From the NCBI GenBank assembly GCA_041649045.1, contig JBAZNV010000002.1, positions 50,336 through 114,335 of the forward strand: 64,000 nt of DNA, given 5' to 3'. Shown here piece after piece: positions 9,897 through 18,626 of this stretch; the first letter of the stretch is position 1; every line of letters begins with the position of its first letter. Source of the DNA: Candidatus Pacearchaeota archaeon. GTDB taxonomy: Archaea > Nanobdellota > Nanobdellia > Pacearchaeales > GW2011-AR1. The position numbers were made by a program, and so were the translations under genes. The notes under the pieces were generated by a model that saw nothing but the letters and a program-made list of their open reading frames with translations, was not told the DNA's origin and did not search any database.

Positions 9897-10078
9897 GCGT
9901 TATTGTTTATCAATAATGCATTGACTAGTCAGTGTTCATACAGGGACCCTAGTAATAACAAACTTATAACGCTCCCTAAGTTATAAGAACCGGCCAGGCT
10001 ATTAGAAAAGTTGAACGCGAAACTCGCGGCCTTGAAGAAGGCGGCTAATCTGATAGTGCTGAAAGGAGGTTAATAATA
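9897..10078 (+). promoter_or_regulatory. Structured 5' leader of S-layer mRNA with Shine-Dalgarno
   Basis: Hairpins at 9897-9919, 9963-9987, 10016-10028 and 10029-10042; GGAGGT at 10065-10070 before ATG 10079. Confidence 0.6.
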
Positions 10079-12259
10079 ATGAATAATATATTTAGAAAAG
10101 CTATAACAGTTTTAAGTAGTGTTGCTATGGTAGGTGCTACAATAGGTGCGGCTGCTGCTGCTTCCTATCCAGACCCTTTCGTAGGAAGTACCGCTGTTGT
10201 TTATGGTGCCAATGCTGCTCCTTCTGATTTCTCCGCTGCTACAAACATAGTTGCTAATTTGAACTCAGAAAATGCTGGTTCAGTTTCGCTAACTGGTGGC
10301 GAAGGAGTAACTGAAGATCAAATTCCTCTTGGAGGAAGTATCGTTTCAGGAAAAATTCCTGCCACAATTACAGATGCAAAAGTTTCAGGTCTTCTTGATA
10401 CGAAGATTAACTGGGACGATGGAGATGGAACAGGAGCTCAGGACTACAATATACAGGAACAAATTATCCTTACTGCAACAGGCATCCAACTGAATACTAC
10501 TTTAGATGATAATGAGTATGCAGAAAAGGTTGCTTTAACAAATGATAAAGCTATAGAATACAGATATGTATTTGACGATGCTTTTAATTCAACATTTGTA
10601 GATGCAGATGCAGACACTCTTTACTTAGATCTTTTAGGAAAGAGATACGAAGTTAGTGCTATGACCGCTTCAAGTCTTACAGTAACGACTTCCGAAGAAG
10701 TTTCTCTTGCAATCGGTGAGAGCTACACTTACAAAGGAAAGACATTTACTGTAGACGATGTTTACAGCGATAAGGCACAGGTTAATGGAGAACTTATATC
10801 TACAAGTTCCTCGAAAAAAATCGATGGAATGCGAGTTTATGTTTCTTCGGTAGGTTACCACTCTAACTCTCCAGAATTAAGTAAAGTAATTTTGAAGATT
10901 GGAGAAGATATTAGTAAAACCTATTCCAGTGGAGAAGAATACGTTGGAGAAGACCCAGATGACCCAGAATGGGTTTGGACTTGGTCAAATCCAGGCGTTG
11001 CTGCAGGATACATAGGTGTTAAGTATAACTATAAACAAACAAGAGATACAGATGATGTTGTCTACGCTGGAGGGAGTTTTATCTTTCCAGAAAATTATGC
11101 TGAAGTAAAATTCGAAGGTCTAACAGACGTAGATTATAAAGACTATAAAGTCTATTTTGATCTAACAGAAGATCTTTGGAATAGTACTGACTTGACTTCT
11201 ACAGCTACTGTTCAAGATGCCCCTGTTTTAATCATCGAAGCGCTAAGTGGCGAGAAAGATGCTATTAAAATATCTGGTAATGCAGATGTTGGTGGAGGAA
11301 CGACAGTAAATATCGAAACAAATAAGATTTATCTTAGATGGGCGGTAAATCAATCCGCTACAGAATCGACTGAAGACGAAGTAGGTGTTGGGGTAGATAA
11401 TTTTGGTGGACTTGAACTCTTTTACAGCGATGTAAATGGAGATGTTTCATCATCCATAAAACCAAGGTTTGGTGCACGTTACAATTCAACTGCAGTAGCA
11501 GGAACTATATCTGAAGTAGATTTGGGAGATTTAATCGTTGGAGATACAGAAGTTCAAATTTTAGCTACAGTTGCTGATAGTGATTTGAATTTGACTTTCA
11601 TCGATGACGGTGCTGCTAACTCAATCCAGGTAGATGTGGGAGGTGTAAACTTAACACACGCTACTGGCTCTATGAAATGGTTAGGTGGGAACACTGAAAC
11701 CACAAGCAAAGAAATTGGAGAATCTACAGATATTAATGTTACAGCAGGAGGAGTACTAACCTCTATCGGGACCTATGATAATGATGTTATGACTTATAAC
11801 GGGCTTATCATAAAAACACCCGAAGCAAACGCTGACGATGATCAGGTTATAATCAGTGTTCCAAGCGACAGAGTATACGGTATAGTATCGGTACTCGCTG
11901 GTGGAAGTGCTGTTGACGGCGAAACAGGAGCTTTAGTAGTTAAGGACTCTGAAACTTCAAAAATAACCGGTAAAAACTTAATCGTTGTAGGTGGTTCAGC
12001 TATAAATGCTGTTGCTGCTGATTTATTGGGTTCTGCTTATGCAGGTGAAGCTTTCGCAGCTCAAACTGGCGTTGATGCAGGTAAATTCTTAATCCAGTCC
12101 TTTAATAGGAATGGGAAGACGGCTCTGCTTGTAGCTGGTTATAATGCTGCTGATACAGAAAAGGCCTCGCAATACTTGCTTAACAATGCAGTTGATACAA
12201 CTGTTGGGAAGAAGTATGTAGGAACTTCTGCTACTGAAGCTACTCTTGTAGTTCAATAA
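10079..12259 (+). CDS. Major S-layer protein (Methanococcales-type N/C domains)
   Basis: Signal peptide, then YPDPFV...VVYGANAAPSD; C-terminal NLIVVGGSAIN...ALLVAGYNAADT; acidic; strong GCT/ACT/GGT codon bias; strong SD. Confidence 0.85.
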   Translation: MNNIFRKAITVLSSVAMVGATIGAAAAASYPDPFVGSTAVVYGANAAPSDFSAATNIVANLNSENAGSVSLTGGEGVTEDQIPLGGSIVSGKIPATITDAKVSGLLDTKINWDDGDGTGAQDYNIQEQIILTATGIQLNTTLDDNEYAEKVALTNDKAIEYRYVFDDAFNSTFVDADADTLYLDLLGKRYEVSAMTASSLTVTTSEEVSLAIGESYTYKGKTFTVDDVYSDKAQVNGELISTSSSKKIDGMRVYVSSVGYHSNSPELSKVILKIGEDISKTYSSGEEYVGEDPDDPEWVWTWSNPGVAAGYIGVKYNYKQTRDTDDVVYAGGSFIFPENYAEVKFEGLTDVDYKDYKVYFDLTEDLWNSTDLTSTATVQDAPVLIIEALSGEKDAIKISGNADVGGGTTVNIETNKIYLRWAVNQSATESTEDEVGVGVDNFGGLELFYSDVNGDVSSSIKPRFGARYNSTAVAGTISEVDLGDLIVGDTEVQILATVADSDLNLTFIDDGAANSIQVDVGGVNLTHATGSMKWLGGNTETTSKEIGESTDINVTAGGVLTSIGTYDNDVMTYNGLIIKTPEANADDDQVIISVPSDRVYGIVSVLAGGSAVDGETGALVVKDSETSKITGKNLIVVGGSAINAVAADLLGSAYAGEAFAAQTGVDAGKFLIQSFNRNGKTALLVAGYNAADTEKASQYLLNNAVDTTVGKKYVGTSATEATLVVQ

Positions 12260-12265
12260 ATACAA

Positions 12266-12311
12266 AAGATAGGAATTTTTTCCTTTCTTTTTTTCTTTTT
12301 TTCTTTTTTTT
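12266..12311 (+). terminator. Short hairpin plus long oligo-T terminator
   Basis: AGGAA-TTTT-TTCCT followed by repeated T7-8 tracts directly after the S-layer stop. Confidence 0.7.
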
Positions 12312-12347
12312 GAAAATATTTATAAGTAAATGTTTTTTAAAATAATA

Positions 12348-12899
12348 ATGATTAGAAAAATAAAAAATCAAAATGATATTAAAAAAGCCAAAAGAAGAAA
12401 CCAAATAATACTTGGGATAATTTTAATTTTTATATTGGTTGGATCAATGCTTCTGGTTGATAAAGCAGGGGATTCCAAAGACGAAAGCAAGACAACAGAA
12501 AATGGGGTGGAGTTTTATAATATAAATGATGTTTGGCAAACACAAATCGGCCAACAGGTTTTCGCGTTTTCTTATTTGCCTTCAGAATTAGATATTGAGG
12601 CAAAGGGAGTATTTTCAATTGCAGATTATTATAGCAAGCCTATCTATTTCAACGACCTGAATAATGAGGGAGCGATAGAAATATTAATGAATATCGGAAA
12701 TTTTATTCAACGATATCAGGAAGCCTGTGAAACAGAAAATTGTGAAAAAAACTTGCCAACAAAAACCTGTGAAGACATTTTTTTTATTTTCAAAGAAGGA
12801 GAGAATTCGTCAGTCTATAAAAAAGATAACTGTGTTTATATTACAGGGGATTCAAAAAAGGGAGCCGATGCATTCCTATATAAAGCTTTAAATATTTAA
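12348..12899 (+). CDS. Hypothetical membrane-anchored protein
   Basis: Basic N-terminus plus one TM helix; four Cys; TTTATA at 12319-12324 favours ATG 12348. Confidence 0.7.
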   Translation: MIRKIKNQNDIKKAKRRNQIILGIILIFILVGSMLLVDKAGDSKDESKTTENGVEFYNINDVWQTQIGQQVFAFSYLPSELDIEAKGVFSIADYYSKPIYFNDLNNEGAIEILMNIGNFIQRYQEACETENCEKNLPTKTCEDIFFIFKEGENSSVYKKDNCVYITGDSKKGADAFLYKALNI

Positions 12900-12915
12900 T
12901 TTTACAACTATCAAA

Positions 12916-13614
12916 ATGGCAAAAAAGACAAAATCCAAAGAAAAGAATGACCAAAGGGATAATGATAGAACCGTAAAAAAATCAATTATAAAAAAAGAGA
13001 ATCGTCAACTCGCGTGGTTTATTGCAATAGTAATAGTCGGGTTTATTATTTTTTTTGGAATATATTTGTATCTTGAAAAATCAAAAGAGCCTGAAAAATT
13101 TAATTATATCGGGGTAGATTGGACAGTGGAACCCTATGAAGATTTTACAACGTATCATGCAAGATTCCAGTCTTTTGCTCACGAGAATTTAACATATAAT
13201 TTATATCTTAGAAATGACCCAAGAGAAAACAATGTTTCGGTTGATGGTAATTTGACCTATTTTAAATATGGAGGAATCCTTGCTTTTTCTCCAGAGGTTG
13301 ACGAGTGTCGAGAAGATGTCCCGATAGCGACGGTAGCTTTTGCAAGTTTTTTACAATCGGTCGTCGGGATGAGAGAAGTGATTCCTGGGACAACGGACTT
13401 TGAAGTTTACCAAGAAACTGGGAAAGTGTTTACAGATTGTTCAATTTCGAATAGAGTTGTTTTTATAATACAAAAGGGGAATGAATCCTCGGTCGTACAA
13501 TCTCCAAAGAATCCATATTGTTACACGATAACAATCAAAGATTGTGAAGATGTTCTCCCAATAGAAAAATTCATAATAGAAACAATGCGAGAACGAAATA
13601 ATAATTTAGAATAA
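12916..13614 (+). CDS. Hypothetical membrane-anchored protein, similar architecture to the upstream gene
   Basis: Basic N-terminus, one TM helix; C...F...G.xSSV...C.I pattern resembles the 12348-12899 C-terminus. Confidence 0.7.
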   Translation: MAKKTKSKEKNDQRDNDRTVKKSIIKKENRQLAWFIAIVIVGFIIFFGIYLYLEKSKEPEKFNYIGVDWTVEPYEDFTTYHARFQSFAHENLTYNLYLRNDPRENNVSVDGNLTYFKYGGILAFSPEVDECREDVPIATVAFASFLQSVVGMREVIPGTTDFEVYQETGKVFTDCSISNRVVFIIQKGNESSVVQSPKNPYCYTITIKDCEDVLPIEKFIIETMRERNNNLE

Positions 13615-13616
13615 TC

Positions 13617-14156
13617 TTATTTTTTCTTTTCTTTAAATTCATTTCTTATATTTAATAAAAATTTTATATCAGAATAAATCGGAACAGAATTAATCCCAAA
13701 AAGTTTTGTAACAAAAAACCAAATGGCAACTACAAAAACTATTGAAACAAGGTGCCACAAAATCCAATGAATTACATTAAAATAGAAGCTGTTTGCTATT
13801 GCTATTAAAAAAACTATTCTTGAATAATTTAAAAATAATAAAATAGCCGAAGATACAATAAGCGCCAGCATTCTTTTTTTTGGAGAAATATCATTCGTTG
13901 AAAATATAAGTAAAAATAACAGAAAAAAAGCAGAACCCGCAACACAAGCAGGTACGATTTCGATATTAAAATTTGCCATCTTGATTACATTATCGATAAT
14001 AAAAACATTCGTGAACAAGCCAACAGTTTTTGAAACCAGAAAAAGAGTTGTGGGCATAAGAATCTTATAAAAAATATACAAATTCCCAGCACCAAGAAGA
14101 AGAATAAAAAAGTATCTGGCAAACATTCCTATTATTTTTTTAGACTGATAATTCAT
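13617..14156 (-). CDS. Archaeosortase/exosortase-family protein (pacearchaeosortase-like)
   Basis: Polytopic membrane protein with IVPACVAG (catalytic Cys), LNYSRI (Arg) and a downstream His (FNVIH), the exosortase/archaeosortase triad pattern. Confidence 0.8.
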   Translation of the reverse strand: MNYQSKKIIGMFARYFFILLLGAGNLYIFYKILMPTTLFLVSKTVGLFTNVFIIDNVIKMANFNIEIVPACVAGSAFFLLFLLIFSTNDISPKKRMLALIVSSAILLFLNYSRIVFLIAIANSFYFNVIHWILWHLVSIVFVVAIWFFVTKLFGINSVPIYSDIKFLLNIRNEFKEKKK

Positions 14157-14189
14157 TAAGATTTATAAGAAACGATATTTAAAAACTTA

Positions 14190-15923
14190 TCAATAAGATT
14201 CCTTTGTTTTTCTTGTTACTTTAATAATCAAAACTATCAATATCAAAACAATTAATACACCGATTCCGATTAACAAATATAGGGATAAATTATCTATTCC
14301 ACTAAACAATCCAGAACCTTTGCTAATAATTACCGAGACTGGTTGTTCAGAAGTTTGCCCATCAGATACAGCTTTAATCTTGAATGATTTAACGCCTTCA
14401 CTATTAGGCAATAATGAAATTAAAACCTCAGCAGACTCTCCTGCTCCAATCGTCAAAAGAGAAGGATCTATTTCTTTCAATTCTGCCCATGATTCAAATT
14501 CAGAAGTAGAAATAACAAAATTTTTTTCTTCGTCAGCATTATTTTTTATTGTCACGCTAATAATCAAATCGTCTCCAACCTTTGCTTCAGAATTTAATTT
14601 CGCGTTTATTGTTGGTTCAGGAGATTGGCAACTTAAAACTTCAAGTCTTAAATTAAAATCCCTGTCAATATCTTCTGAAGTTTCATCGTATGAAGTTATT
14701 TCCCTCTCGTCCCCGTCGTTATAATCATAATAAGTTCTGACCAATAAATCGTAAACATTTTTTGATAACTGATCAGGAAGATTGAATGTAAAAGTAATTT
14801 CCTTTTTCTTTCCCGTCTTTAAATCCGATATAACCTGACTTTCTGAAATGCCAAGCTCAGAATTTTCTAACACAACCAAAACACTATCTTCATCATCCGA
14901 ACCAAGATTATAGATATCAAAATTAGCTATGATATTTTGTTCTCCGCATGTACCTAAGATTTTTAACAAGTCACTTTCAGCAAAAACAGCCGGATCATCT
15001 TCTCTTATTATTTCAATCTCATGGAAATTATCTTCATTAAAATCGCTTGAACTATCAACACACTGCGTTTCCTCGTCATTCTCCGAGTATGCTTTTACAT
15101 ATATTTTATAATTACTTTCTTCTAAATCAGCAGGCAATTCCAAAATTTTAAAAAGAGCAAACTTAGAATCTTTTTCTTTTATTCTTCCTATATCAATTTC
15201 TTCTTCATCTAAATCAAAATCAGACGTAACATCATTATTGCCTTCATCTAAAATTCTTAATTCAACAATAACATCATCTACATTTTCATTTCTGTTATTA
15301 TTTTCAATCTCAATCTCAATCTCAATGCTATCAAGCAGATTCCATTCTTCTTCATCGCCATTTCCTAAATTAGTTATATCAAAAGCGACTATTTCCAAAT
15401 CACCCGTTTCCCCAAATTCACAAGTAAAATCATTATCTTCATTATAAATACAGGATCCATCATCAACCGTAGCAGAAGAATTGTAATTTATTGCAGAAGA
15501 ATCAGTGCACCCAGGCAAACTTGTGTTCGCGTTATTTACAGTATAATAAACACTGTCGGTTGGGGTTCCCAATAATATATCTGAACTATAAACCTCTGCA
15601 CTTAACGTTCTTGATTGTGTTGCTTGTGTAGATGGAATCACGAAGCTTACCTGAAAACTTTCATTTCCGCTCACCGTTTTATTCATTTGAACAATATTGG
15701 TTCCGGACAAACTCAAATTTAAAGTTTGACTTTGGTAACTGGAATTAGAATTATTAAATTGTACATTAAAAAAAACCGTATTCCCAGAATTGCCTGATAT
15801 TCTGTTTGAAGTAGACTCGCCTGCACCAACAACCGTAATAGAAAATCCATTCTCGCTGGCAGCGCTTGCCAAACCCAAAAGTAGAACCAAACCAGCAAAC
15901 AATACCAACGTTTTTTCTATCAT
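14190..15923 (-). CDS. Acidic S-layer-like surface glycoprotein with C-terminal TM and basic tail (probable sortase substrate)
   Basis: Signal peptide; many NxS/T sites; GCTDSSAINYNSSATVDDGSC motif; CARDB-like beta domains; C-terminal TM plus KVTRKTK. Confidence 0.75.
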   Translation of the reverse strand: MIEKTLVLFAGLVLLLGLASAASENGFSITVVGAGESTSNRISGNSGNTVFFNVQFNNSNSSYQSQTLNLSLSGTNIVQMNKTVSGNESFQVSFVIPSTQATQSRTLSAEVYSSDILLGTPTDSVYYTVNNANTSLPGCTDSSAINYNSSATVDDGSCIYNEDNDFTCEFGETGDLEIVAFDITNLGNGDEEEWNLLDSIEIEIEIENNNRNENVDDVIVELRILDEGNNDVTSDFDLDEEEIDIGRIKEKDSKFALFKILELPADLEESNYKIYVKAYSENDEETQCVDSSSDFNEDNFHEIEIIREDDPAVFAESDLLKILGTCGEQNIIANFDIYNLGSDDEDSVLVVLENSELGISESQVISDLKTGKKKEITFTFNLPDQLSKNVYDLLVRTYYDYNDGDEREITSYDETSEDIDRDFNLRLEVLSCQSPEPTINAKLNSEAKVGDDLIISVTIKNNADEEKNFVISTSEFESWAELKEIDPSLLTIGAGESAEVLISLLPNSEGVKSFKIKAVSDGQTSEQPVSVIISKGSGLFSGIDNLSLYLLIGIGVLIVLILIVLIIKVTRKTKESY

Positions 15924-16114
15924 GTTGTAATTTCATAATTACAATACTTTATAAAACTTTCTATGATTTTATAATTTGTTAAAATTAAATTTTTAATCTA
16001 AAATATCATTTTAAATTATTAAATATATCTCAAAAATATTTATTCAAATATCATCTCCCAGCCATTTAATTTATTTACAATTAACTTTAAAAACCACTAA
16101 TTCCCCCTTAAGAT

Positions 16115-16450
16115 ATGGAAAAAAATTTGAAGCCAACATGGGTTAAGATGAAAGAATCAGATTTGAAAAAAATAATTTCAGAACTATCCGAGAAAAATTC
16201 TCCATCCCAAATCGGATTGATATTAAGAGATCAGTATGGAGTTCCAACAACAAAAGTATTCGGTAAGAAGCTGAAGAAATATTTGATCGAACTTGGCATA
16301 GAAAAAAACGAAGATCTTGAAAACGCAGAAAAAAAAGTTGAAAAAATAAAAGAACATCTTAAAAAAAATATCACAGACAGAAAAGCAAAACATAAAATTC
16401 AGAAAGCTCAAAGTAGACTTAATATAATGAAAAGATATTTCACAAAGTAA
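16115..16450 (+). CDS. rps15: 30S ribosomal protein uS15 (short form)
   Basis: PTWVK...SPSQIGLILRDQYGVP...HLKKNITDRKAK signature; TTTAAA at -29..-24. Confidence 0.9.
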   Translation: MEKNLKPTWVKMKESDLKKIISELSEKNSPSQIGLILRDQYGVPTTKVFGKKLKKYLIELGIEKNEDLENAEKKVEKIKEHLKKNITDRKAKHKIQKAQSRLNIMKRYFTK

Positions 16451-16468
16451 AAGTAATTAGGAGTTATA

Positions 16469-17800
16469 ATGTTAAAAGAGGTTGAAAAATTAGCTTTAGA
16501 ATTTTTAGAATTATCTAAAAATAAAACAATAAGAATTATTAGTCATTATGATACAGACGGAATTACATCAGCTGCGATTTTAATTAAAACTCTTGTGAGA
16601 CTCGATAAAAAATTTTCCATAAAAATAATAAAGGGACTCGAAGAAGAAATAATTAAAAAAGAACTTCTAAGACAGCCCAAAGAATTAATAATTTTTAGCG
16701 ACCTTGCTTCCGGGAATCTCGAACATTTTCAAAATCTAAGAGAGCCTATTTTTATTTTGGATCATCACGAAATTAAAAAAGAAATGTTAAACGATAAAAT
16801 AAAAATTCTTAATCCTCATTTATCTGATAACCCCAAAGACAATGAATGCACAGGTGCGGGAATTTGCTATTTATTTTCACGGGCAATTTCACCCAAAAAC
16901 AGGGATTTGTCTAAATTGGCGATAATAAGCATGATAGGAGACAGGCAGGAGTCCGAACTTTCTAAAATAAATCAACAGATAATTAATGATAACACAGACT
17001 TGACAATTAAAAAAGGAGTAGTGCTTTACCCGGCTACAAGACCCCTGAGAAGAACACTCGAATATTCAACTTCGCCTTATATCCCAGGAGTTACAGGAAA
17101 TGGTATTGGCGTGATAGAAATTTTAAGAGAGACAGGAATACCATTTGAAAAAACTCTTCTCGAATTAAATGAGGCCGAAACATCAAAATTAATTACAGCG
17201 ATAATGATAAGAAGAGCGAATTTTAGGGAAGAAAGCATTTTAGGGAATTTATTCATATTGAAATTTTTCAACACAAAAGAAGATGTGAGAGAAATCTCTC
17301 TTTTGATAAACTCATGTTCAAGATTGGGCTACAGCGACATAGCAATATACTATTGTCTTGAAAATGAAAATGCAAAATCAAGGGCATTGGATATATACAC
17401 GGAATATAAACAAGAACTTGTTTCTGGTTTAAGGGCAGCCGAAAAAATGGACAAAATAAAGGGAGACGGATTTGTTATTTTAAATGCCAAAAACCAAATT
17501 AAAGATGTTATCGTAGGAACAATTTGTTCGATGCTATCATCATCAAATACATATAAAGAAGGAACAATATTAATAGGAATGGCTTACAATGAAGACAAAA
17601 TAAAAATCTCAGCAAGAATTGTTGGACGCGAAGGAAGAAATTTGAAAGAAATTCTTGAAAAAACAGTCGTAGAATTTAAACTGCAATACCCCGGGACAAA
17701 TGCAGAAGTTGGCGGTCATCATTATGCCGCAGGTTGCTCGATAGAAAAAGAAAAAGAAGAAAGTTTTATAGAAACCTTGAAAAAAAATTTAATTGTTTAA
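16469..17800 (+). CDS. RecJ-like DHH/DHHA1 nuclease
   Basis: HYDTDG, FSD, ILDHH and GGHHYAAG motifs; conserved archaeal linkage after rps15. Confidence 0.9.
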   Translation: MLKEVEKLALEFLELSKNKTIRIISHYDTDGITSAAILIKTLVRLDKKFSIKIIKGLEEEIIKKELLRQPKELIIFSDLASGNLEHFQNLREPIFILDHHEIKKEMLNDKIKILNPHLSDNPKDNECTGAGICYLFSRAISPKNRDLSKLAIISMIGDRQESELSKINQQIINDNTDLTIKKGVVLYPATRPLRRTLEYSTSPYIPGVTGNGIGVIEILRETGIPFEKTLLELNEAETSKLITAIMIRRANFREESILGNLFILKFFNTKEDVREISLLINSCSRLGYSDIAIYYCLENENAKSRALDIYTEYKQELVSGLRAAEKMDKIKGDGFVILNAKNQIKDVIVGTICSMLSSSNTYKEGTILIGMAYNEDKIKISARIVGREGRNLKEILEKTVVEFKLQYPGTNAEVGGHHYAAGCSIEKEKEESFIETLKKNLIV

Positions 17801-18406
17801 TTAATCAGATTCTTGAAAGGCCAAAGTAATAGTATCAGACAGATTTCCCGTGTTTGAATCATAAGAGATTGTTAAATTTAAATCAAAAAGAATATTTTTT
17901 CCGGGAACAAAATATTTGCATATATTGACAGAAACCCCTTCGGATGGAAATTCGTAAAAATTATCAAGATCAAATCCCGAGGGAGGAACGCATGCGTTTT
18001 CGTCTATATTAGATATTTTGTATTGATAAGAAGAGTTCGTTCCTCCAATAAAGGTTGTAGCGTTTTTTAAGGAAGAAAAATTTAAGCTTAGATTTATGTT
18101 TCCTATGTTTTCAATGACAAACCCTGAACTAACGGGATCCCAGCTTCCATTAATTACATTCCCCATTGTGTCTATAATCGCCTTCGTCGCATTTTCACTT
18201 ACAACTCCACTTCCCCAATCAACATTATCAATAGTAAAATTTACCAAAACTATTTGTTCAATGCTTATATTAATATTCCCCGTGCTGACGGATTTTCCCG
18301 TAATTTTTATTAAATCGTAAAGCGAATTGCAAGTCCCGACAAAAATAAATAAGCTGAAAATAAATATCATGATTGAAAAAACAAACAATATATTATCTTT
18401 TTTCAT
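17801..18406 (-). CDS. Hypothetical exported glycoprotein
   Basis: N-terminal TM helix, ITGK...GNINISIE motif, many NxS/T sequons. Confidence 0.7.
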   Translation of the reverse strand: MKKDNILFVFSIMIFIFSLFIFVGTCNSLYDLIKITGKSVSTGNINISIEQIVLVNFTIDNVDWGSGVVSENATKAIIDTMGNVINGSWDPVSSGFVIENIGNINLSLNFSSLKNATTFIGGTNSSYQYKISNIDENACVPPSGFDLDNFYEFPSEGVSVNICKYFVPGKNILFDLNLTISYDSNTGNLSDTITLAFQESD

Positions 18407-18581
18407 CTAAAAAATTCCTCCCCTCAGGCAGATTTTTTTCACACAAATTTTCGGAAAAGTCTTCTCTTGTATTTTTTTCATCGTCATCATCATCAATATA
18501 AAAATTTAAAACAAAACAAAAAAATAATAAAGAAATCGATAATATAATTAATAAAATTCCGATTGCTTCCCTCTTTCTCAT
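18393..18581 (-). CDS. Small membrane protein
   Basis: 62 aa, one TM helix; TATA-like TTTATATAA ~21-29 nt upstream; overlaps the next gene. Confidence 0.45.
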   Translation of the reverse strand: MRKREAIGILLIILSISLLFFCFVLNFYIDDDDDEKNTREDFSENLCEKNLPEGRNFLDEKR

Positions 18582-18626
18582 TAGTTAAAGATGAAATAAA
18601 ATTATATAAAGATTACTAATAATTTA

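Noticed and set aside
9930..10070. c-di-AMP or glycine riboswitch in the S-layer leader
   Set aside because: Only short fragments (GGGACC, GCTAA, GAAAGGAG) resemble the consensus; the conserved cores are not recognisable.
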